Notes under the pieces: generated by a model
The model's input: the letters and a program-made list of their open reading frames with translations, nothing else
Told to the model about the DNA's origin: nothing
Databases searched by the model: none
Position numbers and translations under genes: made by a program
Shown here: positions 56,321 through 64,000 of the stretch, one piece after another
Position numbering within the stretch: position 1 is the first letter of the stretch
Layout: each line of letters begins with the position of its first letter
From: Nymphaea colorata
Lineage: Eukaryota
Reading direction: 5' to 3'
DNA length: 64,000 nucleotides
Assembly (NCBI RefSeq): GCF_008831285.2
Contig: NC_045138.2
Span: 25,234,001 to 25,298,000, forward strand

Positions 56321-59300
56321 ATGAGGCCCCCGAGAGGTAAGCTTGCATCTTCTTCTTTCTTAAGCCTTCTTCTTGGTCATTCTTATTTGCTCGAGGGGCA
56401 TATGTTCTTCCTTTCCGTGGATTTTGGAGGTTTTTCTCCTCATGTTTTAGGACACAGAGGAGATAAGGAGTTCTTCTTTCCCCACCCCTTGGAGCTTTAT
56501 CACGCTATTTCATTACCGGTACTATCTTTTTTTTTCTTTGTGCTTGAAGGTAGAGGAGGAAGAGGTGATGGAGGACGAGGGCGTGGTGATGGCGGTGGAA
56601 GAGGAAGAGGGAGGTTTGGCGCGAGCGATAGGGGAGGAAGAGGCGGGGTAAGAGGCGGGGGAAGAGGTGGCGGAAGGGGTGGTGGAAGGGGACGTGGGAG
56701 AGGTGGTGGTGGAATGAAGGGTGGGAGCAGGGTGGTCGTCGAGCCGCATAGACATCAAGGAGTGTTTGTGGCAAAGGGGAAGGAAGACGCTCTCGTCACT
56801 AAGAATCTGGTTCCCGGAGAATCTGTCTACGGCGAGAAAAGAATTTCTGTTCAGGTGAAAAAGCACACCCTTTTTGACGCTTGTAGGCACAATCAGAGCG
56901 TTGATACTCGTTCTAGTCGTAGTGGTATATGTGTTATTTGAAATTTGGACCATTGTCAATCTTAAGCGAGGAATGTGATTACCAGAGAACTCGTCAAGAA
57001 GCACATTAGATAATTTCTCATGGTTGTGGTTTTCAATGTCCAGAATGAAGATGGTACGAAGGTGGAGTACCGAGTCTGGAATCCATTCCGGTCGAAGCTT
57101 GCGGCAGCTATTCTTGGTGGTGTGGACAATATTTGGATGGTAATTTCATTCTTCAGAGTATTTTTCTGCTTTACTAATGTATTCTGTTTCGTATTGGCGT
57201 CTCAGTTTTTTCTATTGTTGCGTTGTTAGGGACCTGGATCTCGTGTTCTTTACCTAGGAGCTGCTTCAGGGACCACGGTGTCTCACGTCTCCGACCTTGT
57301 TGGCCCGGTAAGTTCCTGCTGAGGTGCCAGATTCCCTTCTTCACATAGTCTACATTGTTAGCAAATCGAATACGCATTGCTTACGAACCGTTTGGATGCG
57401 TTGTGAATTCCAATATCAAGTTTGAGGATTTCATAAACTTGAGCAAGTCATCTGACTTTAGTAGCCTAGTTGAATATAACTTAAGATGCTCATCATTCAG
57501 TTTATCGTTAACTTGGTCTTGAGGATCTGATTTTGAGCACGAATTTTTCTTTTGTTTCTTTGATGTCTATTATTTTTTTTAACATTGATATACGATGTCT
57601 ATTGTTTCTGACTTTTTTTTTTTATTTTTCTTGGTTTTTGTGCTTGTATTTTGTAGACCGGCGTGGTTTATGCTGTCGAATTTTCACATAGAAGTGGAAG
57701 GGACCTGGTGACCATGGCTGCAAAGAGGCCCAATGTCGTGCCTATCATTGAGGATGCCAGGCATCCGGCGAAGTATCGCATGTTGGTTGGAATGGTTGAT
57801 GTCATATTTTCTGATGTTGCACAGCCCGATCAGGTATAACCGTATCTGCTGTTTGAATTTTGTCTGCATCTAATCTTTTGGAGCAGGTGGATTGCATGTC
57901 TATTAGCACAAGCCTGTGATTTGAGTTCAATTCATGTATTTGGTCGAGCTATTTATCTCATTTCAAAAATTTTGTTTTTTGTATTGGACTTCTGGCAATT
58001 CACGCATAAAGAAACAGGATGTCTTCAGCAATTCACGTCTCTCTCCCTCTCTCACTCTCTCACGTATACACACTCATCCGCACAAGCACACACGTTAACA
58101 TAGTCACACAGGCAAGCCAAGGAACACACTGACTTGCACTCACACACATGTTAAAGTAGATTACATTGCCAGTAGGTGACCCGATTTTCATTTGCATGTG
58201 ATGAGGTTACTCGGATTCCCCTTCAGGACATCTTGGATGATGCAAATTCGAGTCTCTGATGCGAATGTGGACTTTTCCAACAAGTTTAAGTACATTTATT
58301 TTTTCATTTATGTTGTACCATTATGAAAGGCAAGGTGCATGTGATGAGTTTACTCGGATTCCCCTTCAGGACATATTGGATGATGCCAATTTCGAGTTTC
58401 TGATGCTAGTTATCTCTCTGTATTATTGAATATTTTTAATGACCTGAATCAAAATTCTGATGCTTGTGCACAGAGGCTTGTGAACAGGTACTATCTTTCC
58501 GTTACTTTTTTACCTGGAAACATCTTGTTTCCTTTTCTTTCTACTGTTAATGTTAACATAATCTAATCCTGAATAAGTAGCACCTCATTATTGATGAATA
58601 ATCAAAGAACTTTTTACAGTTTGTTTCACAAAATATAATATAGTGGGTTAAACCACACATTTTTCTTTCTTTCCTTCTCATGTTGCTGGTGACTTGATGA
58701 GCAACTGCTGGAAAAGGTCTGTACTGGATATGTTTTTGATGTACCATTCTCTGCCTTAGACTAATATTTTTATGGTGGAGATGCAATTAATTCACCAGTA
58801 TCATCAATTCCTACTCAATAATTTGTATTTCTACATCTACTGATGATATGAAGCATGTCTTTGAAATTCTTTGACTGTTTTAGTTTAATTTATTGGTGTA
58901 ATGGTGTACTTCTTATGTATGATTCTTTACTTGTACTCTTTGTTATGCAGGCACGTATTTTAGGCTTGAATGCGTCATACTTTTTGAAAAATGGTGGTCA
59001 TTTCGTGATATCTATCAAGGTATGTAAAAATGCATCTAGTTACATTAAGTAGAGACAGCCTAGATTTTGTATTTCCTTGCACTGTTTGTGAACATCTGCT
59101 TTCAATGTTGTGAGTCATTCGTTTTGAAGATCAGGCTTCATTCTTCGTCTGTGTTGAAACCATGAGATTTCATAAAAATGTTCTGTTTGTTAACCTGGCA
59201 ATTTGTGTTAAACCGTTATTAAAGCTTGAAAGCTCGGCCGTTGTGACCCTTGCTGGTCTTGTTTCTTCTTTTGCTTGTCTTTGAACCCAAGCTCTTTTAG

Positions 59301-59652
59301 AACCACATGAGGTGGTAGTTGCTAGTTTCTGCCTTGGAGTAAGTAGATCAATGCACCCTTCCTGCTGACCATCTTGTTGAACCATTTGTTGTGCTTGTAT
59401 TATCTTCCTTTTAGGATAGATGACACCCCTCTCTCTGTCTTCCTCTTTCTAATTAGTTTCTTGTACCAGGCAAATTGCATTGACTCTACTGTGCCAGCTG
59501 AGGCTGTTTTTGCACAAGAGGTGAAAAAGCTGCAGGCCGATCAGTTCAAGCCGGCTGAGCAGGTTACGCTGGAGCCTTTTGAGCGGGACCATGCCTGTGT
59601 TGTTGGTGCCTACAGGGTGCCCAAGAAACAGAAATCCGCAGCTGCCGCATAA
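56321..59652 (+). CDS. FIB: Fibrillarin (rRNA 2'-O-methyltransferase; FIB1/FIB2 or MED36-like), 7 exons, about 307 aa
   Basis: Exons are 56321-56336, 56550-56854, 57044-57139, 57230-57307, 57657-57833, 58951-59019 and 59470-59652 (924 nt, in frame). There is an N-terminal GAR/RGG domain, followed by [44 protein letters not shown] and [13 protein letters not shown]. Confidence 0.97.
58194..58262 (+). ncRNA. Intronic box C/D snoRNA, copy 1 (U60/snoR60-like; predicted guide for a 25S rRNA Gm)
   Basis: C box GTGATGA is at 58198-58204 and D box CTGA at 58256-58259, closed by the terminal stem TTTGCA/TGCGAA. The guide TCGGATTCCCCTT (58211-58223) is complementary to the conserved LSU rRNA sequence AAGGGGAAUCCGA. 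It lies in fibrillarin intron 5. Confidence 0.88.
58337..58406 (+). ncRNA. Intronic box C/D snoRNA, copy 2 (U60/snoR60-like)
   Basis: C box GTGATGA is at 58341-58347, the identical guide TCGGATTCCCCTT at 58354-58366 and D box CTGA at 58400-58403, with a GCA/TGC terminal stem. It differs from copy 1 at only a handful of positions, none in the boxes or guide. Confidence 0.88.
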
Positions 59653-62110
59653 CCTTCCAAACTACACTCGGATGTTTCTTCTCTTTTATAGTTTTAGGAA
59701 AATTTTTTTTGTCAGCAATTTGAAATTCTGTACTCTGCTAAATGCGGGGCTGCAACACTTTGGTGTAACTGCTGTGATTATGAACGTCATATTTAAAGTT
59801 GCACGTTTTGGAGGATATAATCTTTTTCTCCTGTCTGGTGAAATGGGAACAATTGTTGCTGGAGTTCCATCCATCTCAATGGCCTAATGGGCAGATTTTC
59901 AAAAATGGGGTTTTCGTGCCAACCCATTTGGAGGTGACAAGTTCCTGAAACATGCTTCTTTCCATTGGCAACAAATCCATCCCTTCTGTACTTGATCCTG
60001 TATCAAATTCAAAATTTCGTTCACCGTCTACAGTAAATTCCAGGGCTAGCAAACGCTTCCTTTATGCACATAAAATAAACGTGGTCTAGTGCTTGGAACC
60101 TTTTAAATATAGAGGTTTTCAGCGTTGCGGTTCTAGACTAGGAGATGCGGATGCAAGAAAAATTTCTCGAGAATAACAAAAAAGACAAAGAAGAGCGCGA
60201 TTGCTAAAAAGCATGAAACTGGCCCTCTGGTCAGCCATCTCTACGTCTTGACCTCCACTGTAGTAGTCATCAGCCGATGCCTTCGCTCCATAAAGTAAAG
60301 TGCTTTACGCGCTTTTCCGAATTCGATGGCATCCTTTTTCATTTTTTTGTTGGTTTACTATTTGATGGCATGGCATCTATCAGGAACCATGCTGAGCTTG
60401 CGTCCTGTCTCAAGGTGAGTCCGCCCGCCATCTTGCCTGGGAAACTCACAGTCCATCATGGTAAAGTTTCCAGGTCTCAGATTAACAGAGCTGCAACATC
60501 GGCCATGAAAGGCCAGTGAGTAGGTTAACCATTGATACGGCACAAGCTTCTGGCTCTGGTGATACTGCTAATCTGTACGCCCCATGAAAGACATTGGTTT
60601 GAACGGGGTTTGATTGATGTGAAGCACAGTGTTCCTGTAGCAGTGCTGTCAATGAGAACAGATCCATGACGTAATTGGCGGATCTTATCCTTTGTCCGCA
60701 CATGGCGACCGCGTTAACAGATGCTGATCATGTCGCCAGACAGCTTTGATACACTGTGACATACATTATAGATAGCCCTTGATTTTTTCTTTTTTAATTC
60801 TGTCATTTTGTAGATTAAAATGCAATCTTATCATTGAAGAAGACGTTCAATGTTGTGATGCTGAAGCTTTATCGATGACCAAAGCCTGCTCAGACGCACA
60901 CTAAGTTTGAGAACGGTAGAGACTTAAGAGGATACCGTTTTTAAGTTCATAGATCAACGAAGCTGGAGTACAAAGGAGTTCAAACTCAGAAAGGTTTGAT
61001 AGAAAAGACGTAGAACAGGAACCAGTTTAAATGCCTAGTGCACCTTTCAAGATGGGGAACCGATCTTGAAGGGGAAACAAGTTCAAAATGGTTTCAGTGT
61101 AAACGTGTAAAAATTAAAGGCTGAGATTCCGCACATACTCTGACATGTGACATGTCGGAGAACAAATTCGTCGAGAGAGGTTCTTCTTTCTGGCTCCGTA
61201 GTTGTCATGGCCTCCATTTGCCTGTCTCCCTATGAAGAAAAAGCGACTTTTCTTATATCTTCTGTACCACTTTATGTACATAAGCAAGTTTGGAAAATGA
61301 GGCATGCAAGTCAAATGCAAGACAAGCCATGTACTCCTTTTCCTGCTAAATTGCCAGGCAACGGATACTGTCGCAAATGAACATGTCTGGACAGAGGTCT
61401 AAACAGAAGGACCGAAACTGATCAAGAATATGAGTTTGGAGAACTGGGACATGGTTCCTCTGATTTCAGCCTCTCACCCTCTTAGCAAACGCAAGAAGTT
61501 AAAGTAGTGAACAAACAAGCTAATCTGTTGTCCTAAGGGACACACCTTTCCGATTTCTCTGAGAAAACCGGTAGCCCTCACATGGTGGTGACCATTCATC
61601 ACTAAAATGAAGGTCGAGATGGCCAAACTAGTTAAGAAATGTGATTGAGCAGATCATAATGTCTGTTTACTGTTGATCACGAGGTCTGGAGATACCACAC
61701 AGTAATAGAGAATCATAAACTTGAGCGGGGAGGTCCCACCTGCACTTGTTCTGTCCCTTTCACCTGCTTGCCAGTGGACTCGTTTCACACCACCATTAGC
61801 CCATTGGTCAGGTTGTTCCAAGGCAACGTGATCTCAGAGTGTTCCGTCTGGACATTTCCATGTCTATCACTTTTGGCATCTCGTGGTGAACGCCAGTCAG
61901 GGAGGGAAAGATAGGACAGACGTGCAGATCCCCGCGCAATTCTACAGAACATCCTTTTGGTATCCTATAATATGAAATGGCCCTTACATTCTGCTGAGGG
62001 GAGCCCACACGGTTTACCATTTGCTCTATTTACACGCCCAGAATCTTGCTCACAACACACCTCTCAAGACACACACTCTCACACACACACAGAAAGAGAG
62101 ACAGAGAGAG

Positions 62111-63568
62111 ATGTCTGTGTGGGGCTTGAGGTTGCTGTGCTTTGTGACGGTTCTGGTTGGGGGATGTAAAGCAGCGAATGCAGTGGAAGAGGATCCCCGG
62201 AAGACATCGGTCCCTGCGCTCTTCATCTTTGGGGACTCACTGGTGGATGTGGGCAACAACAACTTCCTGAAGCTGGCGCTCGACAAGGCCAACTTCCCCC
62301 ACAACGGGATCGATTATGCAGGACAGAAAGCAACTGGCAGGTTCAGCAATGGCATGAACTCTGCAGATTTCATGGGTACTCTCTCTTTCGCTCTCATTTT
62401 CATCTACTACATTTGTTTTGGTTCTGCCAGTATATTGCCTGGTTATCATTGAATTGGCATTGTAAATTTCCAAATTCCAACATCCTGTTGGAAACAGTCC
62501 TTTTGAGTAATGTTTAATCAATGTTCTGCTGTCGCTCTCTCTCATTCTCTAATCTCTCTCCGTCGAAACTTTTTTGCGCTTATAGTTTCATCACTATTCA
62601 AAAAGTGCGCCTTCATTTCTGAATTTTCGAAGTCTGTAACTTCACCGTCGTCCCATAGATGAAGTCAAACTCACTTGAGAAAATGACAGTATTACCTTGA
62701 ACCGAATTATCAGTTTTCAGTTTCGGGTGAGTGGGAGGAAACCCACCGCCGGCCAAAGTCTTCTGGAATAAGTCAGGTGCTTTATTAATAAATATCGAAA
62801 ACTTAGTCATCCTTTTTGGTTACTGCCAAGACTTCAGGTGTAGTTTAAAAAAGAAATTCATTAATTTTCAGTTGAATTTGTCACTTGTAACAGTGATAGT
62901 CTAAAATATTATCCATAATTTGGATTAAAGATAATACTCATACTTCATTACTTCCAGAAGTTCGACTCTGTTGGTTTACGATATACTCACATCGGACCAG
63001 CCGTGCCACATTGTGTAATTGAGAAATCAGAGAGCAAAGGAGAGCCATCTAACTCTGTTTATTCTGCAGCTCAGAAGCTGGGTTTGGCAACCTCTCCTCC
63101 GTATCTTTCTCTAAACAATGCTAAAGGTAGTAGCTCCATCATGGGCGGCGTCAGCTTCGCATCAGGAGGAGCAGGCATACTGGATGGATCTCCAAAACCA
63201 AAAATTTTTGTATGCGTCTCATGGCCTTTGTCGTCGTCACCGCATTAACACTGGTTGCAATTTCATCTGTTGTCGAGCTCTTACGCTTAAGTAGATCGTT
63301 CCTTAGACAGTCCTGTTCTTATTGACTGCAGGAACAGACGATACCACTCAATAAACAGATTGAGTTCTACTCAACCGTCTATGGGCAGTTTGTGGAACAA
63401 CTAGGGAGCATTGAAGCCCAAAAGTATCTATCAAGATCACTGTTTGCAGTGGTTATAGGAAGTAATGACATACTGGGATACTTCAAACCTACTTCCTCAA
63501 TGAAACAAAAGTATTCTCCCCAACAATATTTAGATCTGCTGATGACCACATTGAAAGGTCAGCTTCAG
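62111..63568 (+). CDS. GDSL esterase/lipase (secreted, At5g55050-like); only the first 3 exons are in the window
   Basis: Exons are 62111-62375, 63070-63209 and 63332-63568, in frame. Motifs include a signal peptide, FIFGDSLVDVGNNN, TGRFSNG, GVSFASGGAG and VVIGSNDI. No block-V DxxH exon is found before 64000. Confidence 0.9.
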
Positions 63569-64000
63569 GTAAATTTTCAACCAGTTAGCGCTTTAGTCTT
63601 AGTTGATTTCTGCTCAAAATAGCTCTATACATCTCGTTGGAAAGCGATTCAGAAGGTTTCAAGTTGCAGAAGGAACTTGAAATCTGGAGCCGCCCGTCTC
63701 CTGCTAAGGGGTCAATAGTAGGCAATGGTGGAGCTTCATATGGTTCAGGGTGGACTTGTGATCACCTAGTGTTGAAAATCTTGGAAGGAATGTACAGGCG
63801 GTCATGGGTGGCATTTGAACCAAGAACAGTACCGCAGTACCTCTCTAAACTTTATAACCAGTACCCCCATGGTTTATTCTGTGCCTGCTACTGAACCTGG
63901 GTGTGATGGACCAGAGGAGTCTCCGGGCTTCAATTCCAGGGAATGAACCAACTGGTTGCACAAGGTTCCTGAGATAGAGGACCACTATCAGAGCAATCTG

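Noticed and set aside
56505..57004. Minus-strand His/Ser/Thr/Pro-rich ORFs
   Set aside because: They are the reverse complement of the fibrillarin RGG-coding repeat.
58430..58465. Possible third snoRNA copy (CTGATGC at about 58457)
   Set aside because: It has a D-box-like end but no C box at the right distance and no guide sequence.
58694..58850. TTGATGA and CTGATGA C-box-like words later in fibrillarin intron 5
   Set aside because: There is no properly spaced D box with a terminal stem and no recognisable rRNA complementarity.
60277..60703. Cluster of short ORFs between fibrillarin and the GDSL gene
   Set aside because: They carry no known motifs and their lengths are in the range expected by chance.
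63637..63894. 85-aa ORF as a candidate GDSL exon 4
   Set aside because: It lacks the expected LYxxGARK and GCxP motifs, so I treated it as intron sequence.

Overview
This is eukaryotic (angiosperm) nuclear DNA, so the six-frame ORF track mostly shows exon fragments. I rebuilt eight spliced protein-coding genes by hand from splice sites and reading-frame continuity. In order they are: NADPH 2-alkenal/double-bond reductase (-), ADT1-type arogenate/prephenate dehydratase (+), glyoxalase I (-), APS reductase (+), a GH17+X8 GPI-anchored beta-1,3-glucanase with a 1-nt frameshift (-), a RanBP2-zinc-finger TDP2-like phosphodiesterase (+), fibrillarin (+) and a GDSL lipase (+) that runs off the window end. 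The most notable hidden structure is a tandem pair of box C/D snoRNAs in fibrillarin intron 5, with an identical 13-nt guide antisense to 25S rRNA (U60/snoR60 type). Also notable are an 18/19 match to the sulfur-deficiency UPE-box plus a SURE core upstream of APR, a GC-AG intron, a four-fold NAG acceptor and a possible dual start in TDP2. Intergenic and intronic DNA holds hAT- and Tourist-like MITEs (one nested), a Copia-type solo LTR, local tandem duplications and microsatellites. I found no evidence of a wholly new biological system. All family assignments come from recalled motifs, not database searches.
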